From the NCBI GenBank assembly GCA_016933575.1, contig JAFGAR010000028.1, positions 160,001 to 224,000 of the forward strand: a stretch of 64,000 nt of DNA, written 5' to 3'. The position numbers and the translations under genes are program-made. This DNA comes from Candidatus Thorarchaeota archaeon. GTDB lineage: Archaea; Asgardarchaeota; Thorarchaeia; Thorarchaeales; Thorarchaeaceae. How positions within the stretch are numbered: the stretch's first letter is position 1; each line of letters starts with the position of its first letter. Below are positions 20,515 to 31,350 of this stretch, one piece after another. Below the pieces are notes generated by a model, which searched no databases, was not told the DNA's origin, and saw nothing but the letters and a program-made list of their open reading frames with translations.

Positions 20515-20853
20515 CTAATCCAGATTGAACATTCTCTTTTGAACCAGTTTCTCGATATCTTCTTGGTCAGGAAGACCAACCACCCTTGTACTGCCGACCT
20601 GAATTATTGGAAGAGCAATTATGTTGAGGGACTCAACAAGCCCAGGCTTGTCGTCAATCATAGTCTCAACCACTTCGATTTTTTGATTCAAAAATGAAAG
20701 TCTATCAACAGCTAACCTTGCTAAATCCAGTGCTTCTTGGCAAAATGCACAGTATTTACTTGTAAAGACATTGACCTTCAAAGGCTCCTCTTCAGTCAAT
20801 CCATGTGACGGTTCCGCACTTGTTTCATAGGGGATTGATATCCTCTTTTGCAT
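20515..20853 (-). CDS. Thioredoxin/glutaredoxin-like protein (CAFC)
   Basis: VFTSKYCAFC, cis-Pro ALP, VGLP; ATG 20853 preceded by GGAGGT. Confidence 0.8.
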   Translation of the reverse strand: MQKRISIPYETSAEPSHGLTEEEPLKVNVFTSKYCAFCQEALDLARLAVDRLSFLNQKIEVVETMIDDKPGLVESLNIIALPIIQVGSTRVVGLPDQEDIEKLVQKRMFNLD

Positions 20854-20885
20854 TCCAATACCTCCAATGGAAGAGAGGTGAAATA

Positions 20886-21122
20886 TCACTCTGCAAAGAC
20901 AGGAGGTTTCAAACGAATATGCTCCGAAACTGAATCAACAGCTCGCAGGGGGATCGCCTCCCACGAGTTTACCTTTTCCTCTAGGGAGCTATTCCGCTCG
21001 ACGATCACTAAGGGACCATCACTGTCGTCAAACCAGACCTTCTTAACACGTCCCAGAGGAAAGCCTCTGAAATCACAGACCAACTTGCCTTTCAGCAACC
21101 ATTTCATCTCGTCGTTTTCCAT
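20886..21122 (-). CDS. PRC-barrel domain protein
   Basis: LKGKLVCD..G..LGRVKKV.FD...IP...V.SV...IRL; ATG 21122 with GAGG (ORF track starts at 21182). Confidence 0.65.
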   Translation of the reverse strand: MENDEMKWLLKGKLVCDFRGFPLGRVKKVWFDDSDGPLVIVERNSSLEEKVNSWEAIPLRAVDSVSEHIRLKPPVFAE

Positions 21123-21272
21123 GGTCCTCAACAAGTGCTCTTCGTACAACATGCACAAGAGCCTGTGTACAACCGTAGTCATTCCAGCGTAACACTAAGT
21201 CTGGGTTCAAATCGTTTTTCCTTTATCAGACTGCTTGGACAATCAGTTTTCCAAAGAAGCCACATTCCAGTT

Positions 21273-21863
21273 CTAATTCCCTTGTTCTTCCTTTTCTTCT
21301 TCATAGCCCCAGTCAATTATTGTATCACTATCAGAGGGAAGAAAAGTACCAGGTACGAAATACCCGCCAATGCCCATCAAGATACCTCCGATGTTCATCA
21401 ATCCCCCTGAAACTATATAGAGGCGAGAGTCACTAACTTGATTCAATCCAAGGTCGATTATAGTAGAACCTTCCACACTATCTATGTGGATTGTATAATT
21501 GCCTACTGCTAAGTCAATCAATTCAGTATACTCATAGATTACGTTCTCAGTGCTTTGTAACTGATTAACTTCTGTTAACGTAAGATTTACTGGAGTAGTT
21601 GACATAGTAACGTTATTGAAAATTGATAGATCGATATACACTGTTGTCTGGTTAAGGGGACGAAGAGACACGGACACCTCTAATTGAGGATAATAACCGG
21701 ATTCATCAAAGATCTCGAATGTTCTCTGGTCACTTTCGATTACAGAGAAATTGATGTAGTGATATGGAGCTAATACTACAATGAGACCTCCAAGGAGGAT
21801 TACTGCTGCACCGCCAAAATACAGGAATGCCTTTTTACTGAACCATATGCTACCCATCAACAT
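21273..21863 (-). CDS. Hypothetical membrane protein (two TM flanking a beta-rich extracellular domain)
   Basis: N- and C-terminal hydrophobic helices; several N-x-S/T sequons. Confidence 0.7.
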   Translation of the reverse strand: MLMGSIWFSKKAFLYFGGAAVILLGGLIVVLAPYHYINFSVIESDQRTFEIFDESGYYPQLEVSVSLRPLNQTTVYIDLSIFNNVTMSTTPVNLTLTEVNQLQSTENVIYEYTELIDLAVGNYTIHIDSVEGSTIIDLGLNQVSDSRLYIVSGGLMNIGGILMGIGGYFVPGTFLPSDSDTIIDWGYEEEKEEQGN

Positions 21864-21984
21864 TCAACCGTTATATGCAGCATAATTAGGAGTTATAGAT
21901 GTAACGAACGGTGTAATCATATCTTCGTTTTCTTTTTTAATGCAAAACAATCAAGTTATACGATATAATAGGAATTTGTGGTTC

Positions 21985-23655
21985 ATGGAATTCTTGAAAC
22001 TTGCTGAAACATTGGATACGGTGAGTAAGACAAGAAAGAGGAGAGAAAAGATATCAATAGTTTCAGAAGTCCTAAGAGAATTGAAAGGGGATGAGTTGAA
22101 ACTTGCAGCCATATATCTTGCTGGGAAAATATTTCCACAAAACGAGGAAAGAACTCTCAATATTTCATGGAAAGGCTTACTTGGTTCACTTCATAGAGTA
22201 ATCGATTTTAGCGATGAGGACTTTGGTAAATTCTATAACGGAGATGTAGGAGAGGCAGTAGCCTTGTTGTTTTCAGAAAAGCAAGTAACACAATCTCTAC
22301 TTTTCCAAGATCCTTTGACTATCACACATGTTGGAGAGAGTTTTGAAACAATAGCTAAACTAGAAGGAAAAGGATCTCAAAGAGAGAAGCAGTCCATTGT
22401 ATCGGGTCTACTTTCTCAAGCTTCTCCAAGAGAAATAAGATATCTGGTCGCGCTAATCTTGAATGATATGAGAACAGGACTCTCAGAGGGGCTTTTAGTC
22501 GATTGTATTGCTGAAGCATTCTCCGTTAATATTGAAGATGTGAGAAGAGCATGGAGTTTCTCTGGAGACTTGGGAGAGGTTGCAAGGGTCTCCGCAAGTA
22601 AGGAATCAAGTGGATTATCAAAAATAGAACTGAAACCAATGGTGGCAGTAAGACCAATGCTTGCAAGTCCTGTTGATGATATTAACGATGTATTTGATGA
22701 AAAGAAGAATTCTGAGATTTCCTTTGAGTTGAAGATGGATGGCGCTAGGGTCCAGATTCACAAGTTTGGTAGAGAGATCCGTGTTTTCTCACGGAATCTG
22801 AATGATGTGACGGAGAGTCTTCCAGATATTGTTGACAATCTCAAAAAACAAGTAAAAGCAGAAACGATTGTTCTTGATGGAGAAGTAATTGCTGTTGATT
22901 CGAAAGGAATACCATATCCATTTCAAATTGTTATGAGAAGATTTGGTCGAACCAAGGATATAGAAGAAGTGCACAAAAAAATACATCTACAACTTCATAA
23001 TTTCGATATTCTATTTCTGAATGGTAAAATGCTTGTGGATGAACCCTATTCCGGTAGAAGAAAGCAATTGGAAGGTGTAGTACCTAAGGAAATGGTAATG
23101 GAGAGAGTTGTCACTAATGATGTCCAAGTGGCAAATGGTTTCTTCGAGCACAGCAAGAAGATGGGTCATGAAGGACTAGTAGCTAAGATGCTTGATTCTC
23201 CATATGTTCCCGGAGTACGTGGAAAATATTGGTTAAAGATTAAACATACGTTGAACACACTTGATCTTGTCATCATCGCTGCAGAATGGGGTCATGGTCG
23301 AAGAGCTAAATGGCTATCAGACTATCATCTTGCAGTCTTTGATGAAGATACTGGAGAATATGTAATGATTGGAAAGACCTTCAAAGGTCTTACTGACCAA
23401 GAATTTCAGTTAATGACGGACCGACTCCAAGAACTTAGTATTGGAGAGAAACGCAATCTTGTTAGAGTGAAACCAGAGATAGTTGTTGAGGTGCTCGCTT
23501 CTGAACTGCAGGAAAGTCCGAAGTATGCTTCGGGGATTGCGCTAAGGTTTGCACGAATCACTCGGATAAGAGATGATAAGAAACCAGATAACTGTACGAC
23601 GCTTACAGAACTACAGGCAATCTATGAAAAACAATTTCACTTCAAGGCACGTTAA
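21985..23655 (+). CDS. lig: ATP-dependent DNA ligase
   Basis: PMLA, ELKMDGARVQIH (adenylated Lys), LDGEV, FDIL, EGLVAK, WLKIK, ALRFAR..RIRDDK. Confidence 0.95.
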   Translation: MEFLKLAETLDTVSKTRKRREKISIVSEVLRELKGDELKLAAIYLAGKIFPQNEERTLNISWKGLLGSLHRVIDFSDEDFGKFYNGDVGEAVALLFSEKQVTQSLLFQDPLTITHVGESFETIAKLEGKGSQREKQSIVSGLLSQASPREIRYLVALILNDMRTGLSEGLLVDCIAEAFSVNIEDVRRAWSFSGDLGEVARVSASKESSGLSKIELKPMVAVRPMLASPVDDINDVFDEKKNSEISFELKMDGARVQIHKFGREIRVFSRNLNDVTESLPDIVDNLKKQVKAETIVLDGEVIAVDSKGIPYPFQIVMRRFGRTKDIEEVHKKIHLQLHNFDILFLNGKMLVDEPYSGRRKQLEGVVPKEMVMERVVTNDVQVANGFFEHSKKMGHEGLVAKMLDSPYVPGVRGKYWLKIKHTLNTLDLVIIAAEWGHGRRAKWLSDYHLAVFDEDTGEYVMIGKTFKGLTDQEFQLMTDRLQELSIGEKRNLVRVKPEIVVEVLASELQESPKYASGIALRFARITRIRDDKKPDNCTTLTELQAIYEKQFHFKAR

Positions 23656-23728
23656 TTTGTTTGGTTTAAATATGTCGAGCGAAACTTGATTGTGTTTGTT
23701 TCAGGTATGTTGACAGACACATGGTGGA

Positions 23729-24865
23729 GTGCCAATGGGGGTTATTAGAGAGAGGTATAAACTATCACGTCTTATTCCAAAGAATCACTTTTGCTCTATG
23801 CCAATATTTCGAGAAGAGCCTCTTATCAGTTGGCCATTTACTGATACAGTTCTCTTCACTGCTTATGATGTATATAGATCAAATGACTTCTGGCTTGATA
23901 ATGTGATTAAATCAGGTCAGACATTAAAAGAGGGTCTTGTGGAATTGGGATTTCCAAAGGAAAAGACCCTAGTCGCAGATACAGGTGTGTTTGAACTCGA
24001 AGCGAAGAAAGCAGGCTTGGCACGGGATTTGGGAATCGATGTGGATTTTGAAATGTCAAATGAACAGATTTTCGAAGTGTACGAGTTATCAGGTGCAGAT
24101 TATTATGTAGCTCCAGACCTCATAGTTTTGGCTACAGATAGTACAGAAGTAGTATCAAAAAAAGTCGATACGATAAAACAGAATCTTGTTGACCTCCTCA
24201 ACTACATCCCAGCTTCGAAGATAATCGCAGTAATTCAAGGTCATACGAAGGTTGTGATTGATGACCTATATGATTTCTACATGCAACAGGGAATATCATG
24301 CTTCGCTATTGGCGGTGTCATTCCTCTGTATCATCATAGTAAGGATCTACTAGAAAAAGTTCTCAAATATGTAAGAGAGCTTGCAAAGAGTCAATGGCTT
24401 CATGTCTTTGGACTTCCTATTATAGCCCTCTTGAACTATTATTTGCATGATATCAATATCGATAGTGTCGATACATCAGCACTTCTTTATCTAAGCGCAC
24501 GAAGACAGTATCTTGTTAGTTCTAGGACACAACCTGTTCGAGAGGCAATTTTTAAGAGATGCGAGTGTCTTGGATGTAGAAATCTAAGTCCTGAGATGGC
24601 ATCCTATAGTCAGGAGTTTTTTATCAATCTGTATATCCATAATCTATCAGAAGCTGCGAAACTTGCAATTAGACCAAATCCAAATGTGGGTACTATTATT
24701 GATTCAAGAATGAAGGTGGATAAAATCAAACAACACTCAAAGAAAGAGAAGACACCCAGACAGGAATATGAACCAATTGAAAAGACTACTTGGCTGACTG
24801 CTGAGGAAGTCATAAAGATGCAAAGAAAGGAAGGGGTTGGGAAGACAACCCCAGAAAATGAATAA
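23729..24865 (+). CDS. tRNA-guanine transglycosylase-family protein (atypical, no PUA domain)
   Basis: ADTGVF (DSGGF-equivalent), APD, VIQG, AIGG, HVFGL, DSVDTS, Zn site CECLGC...HNL. Confidence 0.8.
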   Translation: MPMGVIRERYKLSRLIPKNHFCSMPIFREEPLISWPFTDTVLFTAYDVYRSNDFWLDNVIKSGQTLKEGLVELGFPKEKTLVADTGVFELEAKKAGLARDLGIDVDFEMSNEQIFEVYELSGADYYVAPDLIVLATDSTEVVSKKVDTIKQNLVDLLNYIPASKIIAVIQGHTKVVIDDLYDFYMQQGISCFAIGGVIPLYHHSKDLLEKVLKYVRELAKSQWLHVFGLPIIALLNYYLHDINIDSVDTSALLYLSARRQYLVSSRTQPVREAIFKRCECLGCRNLSPEMASYSQEFFINLYIHNLSEAAKLAIRPNPNVGTIIDSRMKVDKIKQHSKKEKTPRQEYEPIEKTTWLTAEEVIKMQRKEGVGKTTPENE

Positions 24866-25312
24866 TCATTTCATCCAAGCGTAGATACCGAGTAAGTGGA
24901 AAAAGAATGCCACAGCAACAAGACTACCACCAATTGCACCATATCCCAGTAATTCCCCACCATTGATCGATAGATAAAACTCCGCAAGAGGACCTACTGA
25001 ACCAATAATGATAAGCACCTCACCAAGGAGAATGACTTCTCTTTTGATAATTGCTAGACCTATGATGAGAATTATTGGGAATGCTGCAATCTGGACAAGG
25101 AAAATTGTTGCATTTGCCACCTCAAGACTGATAATCAAACCACCAAGATAGAATAACAGAATACCAAAAATCGGAAAGACTCTTCGATACTTGTTGAATG
25201 ATGATGTTGAAGTCATTTTTGGATCGCTTATTTCCATGTCAGTAACCATCCCTAATTTTGTCAGTAACGAATCATTCACACTTAAATCTACTACGGAAAT
25301 ATAATCACTCAA
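24866..25312 (-). CDS. Hypothetical membrane protein (4 TM)
   Basis: Hydrophobic helices; the true start may be a downstream ATG. Confidence 0.6.
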   Translation of the reverse strand: MSDYISVVDLSVNDSLLTKLGMVTDMEISDPKMTSTSSFNKYRRVFPIFGILLFYLGGLIISLEVANATIFLVQIAAFPIILIIGLAIIKREVILLGEVLIIIGSVGPLAEFYLSINGGELLGYGAIGGSLVAVAFFFHLLGIYAWMK

Positions 25313-25391
25313 AATACTTTAGTACTAAGTCGCAGACCACAGCCTTTATAGGCAACACTGGTCGGCAATTTGAATAAGGAGCCATTCAGCT

Positions 25392-25781
25392 ATGTGGCTA
25401 GAGATATTCCTAATTCCATTCGTCCTCGCATTAGTGCTATTCATCATCTTTTGGATAGTCCACGAGGGTTCTCGTTGGCAAAAACATCCGCAACTTGGGA
25501 TTTTTGCTAGGATTATACAGGCTTCACCAGGTAGGGCCTTTCTCATATTTCTGGTGCTTACAATTGCATTCATTCCACTGGGTCTTCTTTTAATGACTGG
25601 TATGTGGATTGACAAGATTGCAATCGGGATTACACCAGAAAAGTCCGATGTTGTGAACGTCATGTTGCTTACGTTCCTAGTACTTGCAGGAGCATTTGCA
25701 GTGATGTATGGAGCATACGGAACTTGGAGACAGGCTTCAAGGGCAGAAGCTGAGTTGAAGGTACGTCCGTCTTCAGCATAA
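25392..25781 (+). CDS. Hypothetical membrane protein (3 TM)
   Basis: AGGAG upstream of ATG; three hydrophobic segments. Confidence 0.7.
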   Translation: MWLEIFLIPFVLALVLFIIFWIVHEGSRWQKHPQLGIFARIIQASPGRAFLIFLVLTIAFIPLGLLLMTGMWIDKIAIGITPEKSDVVNVMLLTFLVLAGAFAVMYGAYGTWRQASRAEAELKVRPSSA

Positions 25782-25792
25782 TCAGAAAACAA

Positions 25793-25831
25793 AATGGCTG
25801 ATAGACCAAGTAGTTTGGCATTTCAGCCATT
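25793..25831. terminator. Inverted repeat between convergent genes (putative terminator hairpin)
   Basis: AATGGCTGA ... TCAGCCATT with an inner CCAA/TTGG stem. Confidence 0.4.
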
Positions 25832-25890
25832 GTTCAAGTTTTTAGAAGAGTTAAGTAGGATGATTACTCTCGTTAGGTCGAAGTAAGACA

Positions 25891-26718
25891 TCATAATTCA
25901 GAATGTCTTTCATCTGAATCGAGTTCTTTTAATTTTTGGAGAATTGTGTTCTTCAATCCTCGAATCTTTTGAATAGCAGGAGTGTTTTCATCGAGGTCTA
26001 TTGGAGCAGTTGCAAGACGATCTGCCGTTCGGATGTTTTCATCATATGGAATAATGCCTAAAAGAGGAATATTGTGTGATTCGAGTATACTCTCTATGAA
26101 GTGCTCATCCTCTGTATTCATGACCTTATTCCCTATTGCGAAGACTCTGTTGAGTCCAATATCTGCTGCTAAGCCTCTAATTCTATCGATGGTATCAAGG
26201 GACCTTCTTCCGGGCTCCACTACAGCTAGGAGTATGTCCATGCCCTTTGTTGTACCGCGTCCAAGATTCTCAATCCCAGCATCCATGTCCATGATGAAAG
26301 CTTCATCACTCTCAAGACTCAAATGGCCAATGAGAGCTTTTAGCAATGCTGCTGAGGGGCACATACAACCTTGTCCCCCCATGTTGACGGTGCCAGCAAC
26401 AAGTAAGCTCACATTATCAGGACCTTCAACAGCATGAAGGGCTGTTAGGTCGTCAACACTTGGGCGAACTTGAAAGAAATTTCCCAGAACCTCAACCCAT
26501 TTCATATCAGTTTTTGCACGAACTAGTTCCTCATTCTCCAAAAGCGGTTCGATACCACTAGCCACATCTTCGTCAATTCCAATTGCTGACCATAGATTGT
26601 AATTTGGGTCAGCATCTATTGCTAGTATCCTAAAACCATCCCGACCAAGTAGCCGGGCGAGGGTTCCAGTAATTGTGGTCTTGCCAACGCCGCCTTTGCC
26701 AGTGACTGCAATCTTCAT
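25891..26718 (-). CDS. cooC: CooC-type nickel-insertion ATPase (MinD/ParA class)
   Basis: KIAVTGKGGVGKTT, IDADP, GQGCMCP metal motif, DMDAGIE.LGRG. Confidence 0.85.
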   Translation of the reverse strand: MKIAVTGKGGVGKTTITGTLARLLGRDGFRILAIDADPNYNLWSAIGIDEDVASGIEPLLENEELVRAKTDMKWVEVLGNFFQVRPSVDDLTALHAVEGPDNVSLLVAGTVNMGGQGCMCPSAALLKALIGHLSLESDEAFIMDMDAGIENLGRGTTKGMDILLAVVEPGRRSLDTIDRIRGLAADIGLNRVFAIGNKVMNTEDEHFIESILESHNIPLLGIIPYDENIRTADRLATAPIDLDENTPAIQKIRGLKNTILQKLKELDSDERHSEL

Positions 26719-26791
26719 CAGTTAGAAGTAAGTTCATCATCAATAAGAGACTGTTGGTCTGAAATCTTCAGTTAATGAGATTCTGTCAAAT

Positions 26792-27382
26792 CTACTGCAG
26801 AAGGATTAGACTCACATACAAAATTACGATGGGGACTAGGAAACATACTAGTGCCTCAATAACTCTCGATTTGTTTTTTACAAATGGAATCAAGAAACCT
26901 ACCCTATCGCGATAGGTATCCCATTCAGATTCATACAATTTCTTCAGATAGTTTTCTTCGATCCATGCGATTCCGACATATGCACCTAGCATCGCTATCC
27001 AGAGTAACATTGTTTCCCAATCACTCAACCAACCTATACCCAAGGTATGATGTAAAATCCAAACACTCTGATAAGTTAGAATGGCTGTAAATATTGTCAC
27101 ACTGAAATATTGAGGGTGGCGTACAAATCTATAAGGTCCGGTAGTGACAAGTCCTGTCTGTTTCTTACGACGCCAGAGATATAGAACACAGTATAACAGG
27201 AGTAGTAGTGGCCCAAATATTGCTACTAGATTATAGATATCACTGGGATATACTGTTGATTGCAAATTACCAATCAGTCCGATCAGATATAGTAGAAATG
27301 GCAGAGTCATGATTCCACCCCAGAACGGAGGGATTGAAGAAGCAAGAGGAAGTAAATAGCTTGTCGCACTAAGTATACCCAT
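26792..27382 (-). CDS. Isoprenylcysteine carboxyl methyltransferase / PEMT-family membrane protein
   Basis: LVTTGPYRFVRHPQY, EE..L...Y..EW..Y...V. Confidence 0.8.
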   Translation of the reverse strand: MGILSATSYLLPLASSIPPFWGGIMTLPFLLYLIGLIGNLQSTVYPSDIYNLVAIFGPLLLLLYCVLYLWRRKKQTGLVTTGPYRFVRHPQYFSVTIFTAILTYQSVWILHHTLGIGWLSDWETMLLWIAMLGAYVGIAWIEENYLKKLYESEWDTYRDRVGFLIPFVKNKSRVIEALVCFLVPIVILYVSLILLQ

Positions 27383-27606
27383 TTTTACTGTTCACTCTTA
27401 TCACCACTTCGTAGTTCTGGATCATTTACGTCACTCATATTCTTCGCCAGTCGAGCTGTAATCTGGGATTAGATAAATAATAGTATCTGCGTAGTTGGCA
27501 GGATATACATCATTAGTTACAAAACCAAATGAGTACTCCATATGTTTCAACCAGAAGTCCATAACAATAGTTAATAGCATCTACTACTATATTCCTTAGA
27601 ACAGAT

Positions 27607-29712
27607 ATGAAACAGACTGAGAAAGAAAGAAGAACTAATAGGCTTGCCTTGGAGAAGAGTCCTTACTTACTTCAGCATGCGACCAATCCTGTTGATTGGT
27701 ATCCTTGGAATGATGAAGCTTTTGAGAGAGCAAAAAAGGAGAATAAACCAATCTTTCTTTCTATTGGATACAGTACATGCCATTGGTGTCACGTAATGGC
27801 TCACGAGTCCTTCGAAGACGACGAAGTGGCGGGTATTATGAATGACACCTTTGTTAATATCAAAGTGGACCGTGAGGAGAGACCAGATATCGACGGAGTG
27901 TACATGCAAGTTGCCCAGATGACTACAGGCCGAGGCGGATGGCCACTCACCATTATCATGACGCCGGACAAGAAACCATTCTTTGCGGGTACGTACATTC
28001 CAAAAAAAACAAGGTACGATACAATTGGTATGCTTGATCTTATACCACGAATTTCTCAGTTATGGGGTCAGGATCAAGAAAATATTAGCGAAGTGACGAA
28101 GAGGATCGAAACAGCCCTAGCTGGAACAACTGCGAGTGAAGCAGGAACTGATCTTAAAGAAGATGCAATTCAAGAGGCTTTCAGTCAGTTTTCACAGAGA
28201 TACGATGAGAAAAATGGCGGATTTGGAACTGCACCAAAATTTCCCTCACCTCATAATCTAATGTTTCTACTCAGATACTGGAAAAGGTCAGATGATGCGT
28301 GGGCACTGAAGATGGTGGAACATACTCTGATTGAGATGCGTAAAGGCGGAATCTTTGACCATGTTGGTTTTGGTTTTCATAGATATTCCACAGATGCTAA
28401 TTGGATGCTTCCTCACTTTGAGAAGATGCTCTATGACCAGGCTAGTTTGATGGCAATTTATGCTGAAGTATATCAAATCACAAAAAATCCCCTTTTCAAA
28501 CAGGTTGTACTTGAGATCTATGAGTATCTAACACGAGACCTGATGCATAAAGATGGTGTGTTTTATTCTGCTGTAGATGCTGACAGTGAGGGAGTAGAAG
28601 GCAAATTCTATGTCTGGACTCAACAGGAACTCAAAGAAATTTTAGAGCCTAACGAGTATGAATTGGCAATAAATCTGTTCAATATAAAGGAAGAAGGCAA
28701 TTTCAGAGATGAAGCTACTGGTGAGGAAACTAGACAGAATATCCCATACCTCAGAACGGATGTTCAAGACCTAGTAAAAGCGATGAAGATTAATCCTGAA
28801 GAGGCAAGAGAAAGGGTAGAGATAGTTAGACAAAAAATGTTCAAGAAACGCGAAACGAGGATTCACCCGCACACAGATGAAAAGATACTTGCTGATTGGA
28901 ATGGTTATATGATCTCCTCGCTTGCGAAAGCAGGCGCAATCCTGAACAATCAGAAGCTTGTTGAGACCGCAGAAAAAGCTATGAACTTTGTTTTGGAGAA
29001 TCTAAGAGATGACAGGGGAAATCTCTTTCATAGATATCGCGAAGGAGAGACCGCTCATAGAGCCTTTCTTGATGATTATGCATATTTGGTCATGGGACTT
29101 ATTGACCTCTATGAGGCTACATTCAAGCCATTATATCTCAAACTCGCCAAAACACTAAATCAGGACATGTTAGACCATTTCTGGGATGAAAAGGAAGGTG
29201 GACTCTTCTTCACAGGCACATATTCAGAAGAGTTGATTGTGCGAAGAAAAGATGCATATGACGGAGCAATACCATCTGGGAACTCAATTGCAATGTCTAA
29301 TCTCATTCGACTTGCAAGACTCCTTGGAGATAGTGAATTAGAAGACAGAGCAATTGAAATCAGTAGAGTCTTTTCAAATGATATCAATAGAATGCATTCA
29401 GCTTACTCGATGATGTTGCTTGCCCTTGATTTCATGATTGGACCATCATTCGAGATAGTAATTGCAGGAAAACCAGAGAATAAGGACACACAGAATATGA
29501 TAGATGCGATTCGTGACAGATTTATCCCAAGAAAAGTCATTCTTCTAAGAGGAACTCCAGAGCTATCAAAATCGATAACACAGCTTGCCCCATTCAGTAA
29601 ATATCACGAACCAATCCAAGGCAAAGCAACTGCTCATGTGTGTGTAGATCATAACTGTAGATTGCCTACAACAGATGTTCAGCAGATGCTAGTGCTACTT
29701 GGTGAAGAATAG
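27607..29712 (+). CDS. Thioredoxin-domain protein, YyaL/SSP411 (DUF255) family
   Basis: [58 protein letters not shown]. Confidence 0.93.
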   Translation: MKQTEKERRTNRLALEKSPYLLQHATNPVDWYPWNDEAFERAKKENKPIFLSIGYSTCHWCHVMAHESFEDDEVAGIMNDTFVNIKVDREERPDIDGVYMQVAQMTTGRGGWPLTIIMTPDKKPFFAGTYIPKKTRYDTIGMLDLIPRISQLWGQDQENISEVTKRIETALAGTTASEAGTDLKEDAIQEAFSQFSQRYDEKNGGFGTAPKFPSPHNLMFLLRYWKRSDDAWALKMVEHTLIEMRKGGIFDHVGFGFHRYSTDANWMLPHFEKMLYDQASLMAIYAEVYQITKNPLFKQVVLEIYEYLTRDLMHKDGVFYSAVDADSEGVEGKFYVWTQQELKEILEPNEYELAINLFNIKEEGNFRDEATGEETRQNIPYLRTDVQDLVKAMKINPEEARERVEIVRQKMFKKRETRIHPHTDEKILADWNGYMISSLAKAGAILNNQKLVETAEKAMNFVLENLRDDRGNLFHRYREGETAHRAFLDDYAYLVMGLIDLYEATFKPLYLKLAKTLNQDMLDHFWDEKEGGLFFTGTYSEELIVRRKDAYDGAIPSGNSIAMSNLIRLARLLGDSELEDRAIEISRVFSNDINRMHSAYSMMLLALDFMIGPSFEIVIAGKPENKDTQNMIDAIRDRFIPRKVILLRGTPELSKSITQLAPFSKYHEPIQGKATAHVCVDHNCRLPTTDVQQMLVLLGEE

Positions 29713-29722
29713 TCACAGGATT

Positions 29723-31204
29723 TTATTGAGATGGCTTTTTCCGAGTCCACCAGATCAGGACAACAACTGCAACAACAATTGCTCCTCCTGCAAAGGCAAT
29801 CACAGGACCATACAATGTAAGAAAATTGTTTGGCCAGATTTTTTCCAATGCCAATCCAGCATCTCTCCAAGAGTCCGCGATTCCAAGAAGATTTGCACAG
29901 ATGTCGTTCAGATCGTCACTATAGGGTGCAAAGGCTGCGTCAATGTTTCCGGTCGCATTGTATGACTCTGCGATAGCTTTGAATGTTGTCGCAACATATC
30001 CTGTTATCTGAGTAAAGTTTGTAGGATATATGAGAGTTGAATTATCTACGATTTCTTCAAAGTATGGAAGAGCTCGGTCTCCAGCTTCTATGAATTCAGA
30101 TAGGTTCGTATCAGTCATTAGAGTAGGAAGACTAGCTAATGCAGCTCTATAGGATAGATATTGCAGAGTTACTTGAGCTTCAAGCCCTAGTCCAATGAAA
30201 AGAATAGCGGCAGATTTGAACTGAACTTCGTCCTGAATGCCATCAAAGACATTCAAGTATGATTTGATTCCAGCTTCATCCATATCCTCACTCATTGTTC
30301 GAAATGCCATTTCTCCAAATTTCCCATAATATGCATTTGCACTATTTGGGGAGTAGATGGTTCCAACACCCAGAAGCTTGTCACGTATCAGAGGACCTAA
30401 TGAATCGTCAACAGAGGCAAGCGCTGGACCAGATGGCAAGAATGTATTGGAGATGTAGTACCGATTCGACCATGCATTGTTTAATGCGGTGTAGGTGATT
30501 TTTGTGTAGTTACCACGCCCATCAATAGGGTAACCAAAGTCATCACCAAAAGACCCAACGCCGGGGTCAATAATTGTCGCAGTACCTTCAGTATCATTGT
30601 ATCCCACAATGAGTATTCCATGACCACCACCACTGAGGTCTGCCTCTCTGAGGATATCATAATCTGATGCAGGAAGCCATGTTGGATCGACGCTGACCAA
30701 GAGAGGATAACCTGAATCAATAGTTGTCCGCATTAGATCAAAAGCATCATCTTCACCATGGATTATGCCTACTGTTAGTCCTTCACTCTCCCAGACTTGG
30801 ATATTCTGCTCGACATAAGGAACAGTATCTCCAAGGTAAATTGTATAGTTGACACCATAGAGATCTGCTAGGAATTTTGTTGGTTCAGCTTGAGTATAGA
30901 GAGCACCGGGGAACATTAGGAGTGTGTCATTGATTTGAAAATATGCGAAGGAGAAACCTACTGTTGTTGCTGCGAGTACATCATGCAAATCCAATTGGAC
31001 TCCCGCATATTGCATAGCCATAGCTGTCGCGGCCCAGGCACAAAGACCGTTAATCTCTTGCCACACATAAGATGTCGCTGGCAATAATCCTTCATCAGAT
31101 TGGACAAATGTTGTGGAGGATTGTTCGTTTGATGAGATTCCAGCAATTTGGGGTGTGATCAAGATAAGAGCTGTTAACATAACAAGTAGGGCCAATTTTC
31201 TCAT
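29723..31204 (-). CDS. Secreted, C-terminally membrane-anchored C39-like (papain-fold) cysteine peptidase
   Basis: Signal peptide; WQEINGLCAWAA (Q..C), GHGILIVGY (His), IIDPG (Asp); C-terminal TM followed by RKK. Confidence 0.7.
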   Translation of the reverse strand: MRKLALLVMLTALILITPQIAGISSNEQSSTTFVQSDEGLLPATSYVWQEINGLCAWAATAMAMQYAGVQLDLHDVLAATTVGFSFAYFQINDTLLMFPGALYTQAEPTKFLADLYGVNYTIYLGDTVPYVEQNIQVWESEGLTVGIIHGEDDAFDLMRTTIDSGYPLLVSVDPTWLPASDYDILREADLSGGGHGILIVGYNDTEGTATIIDPGVGSFGDDFGYPIDGRGNYTKITYTALNNAWSNRYYISNTFLPSGPALASVDDSLGPLIRDKLLGVGTIYSPNSANAYYGKFGEMAFRTMSEDMDEAGIKSYLNVFDGIQDEVQFKSAAILFIGLGLEAQVTLQYLSYRAALASLPTLMTDTNLSEFIEAGDRALPYFEEIVDNSTLIYPTNFTQITGYVATTFKAIAESYNATGNIDAAFAPYSDDLNDICANLLGIADSWRDAGLALEKIWPNNFLTLYGPVIAFAGGAIVVAVVVLIWWTRKKPSQ

Positions 31205-31350
31205 GAGCGATTCTCCATATTTATCTCAAGTTAGAGATATCATAAGCTTGTCGATAGTATACCCTTTGTCCGATTAGTGTGAAATCCAGACTGACAACAA
31301 TTATTTCTCCCTTTGTAAATCAATTAATTATTCTGGAGGAACAATCTCAA

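Noticed and set aside
20515-20853. KaiB circadian protein
   Set aside because: It has a canonical CxxC thioredoxin motif and no kaiC is nearby
27375-27410. Frameshift at an A5 run joining an SD-backed GTG to the ICMT-like ORF
   Set aside because: It would add only four residues; the in-frame ATG is sufficient and there is no independent support
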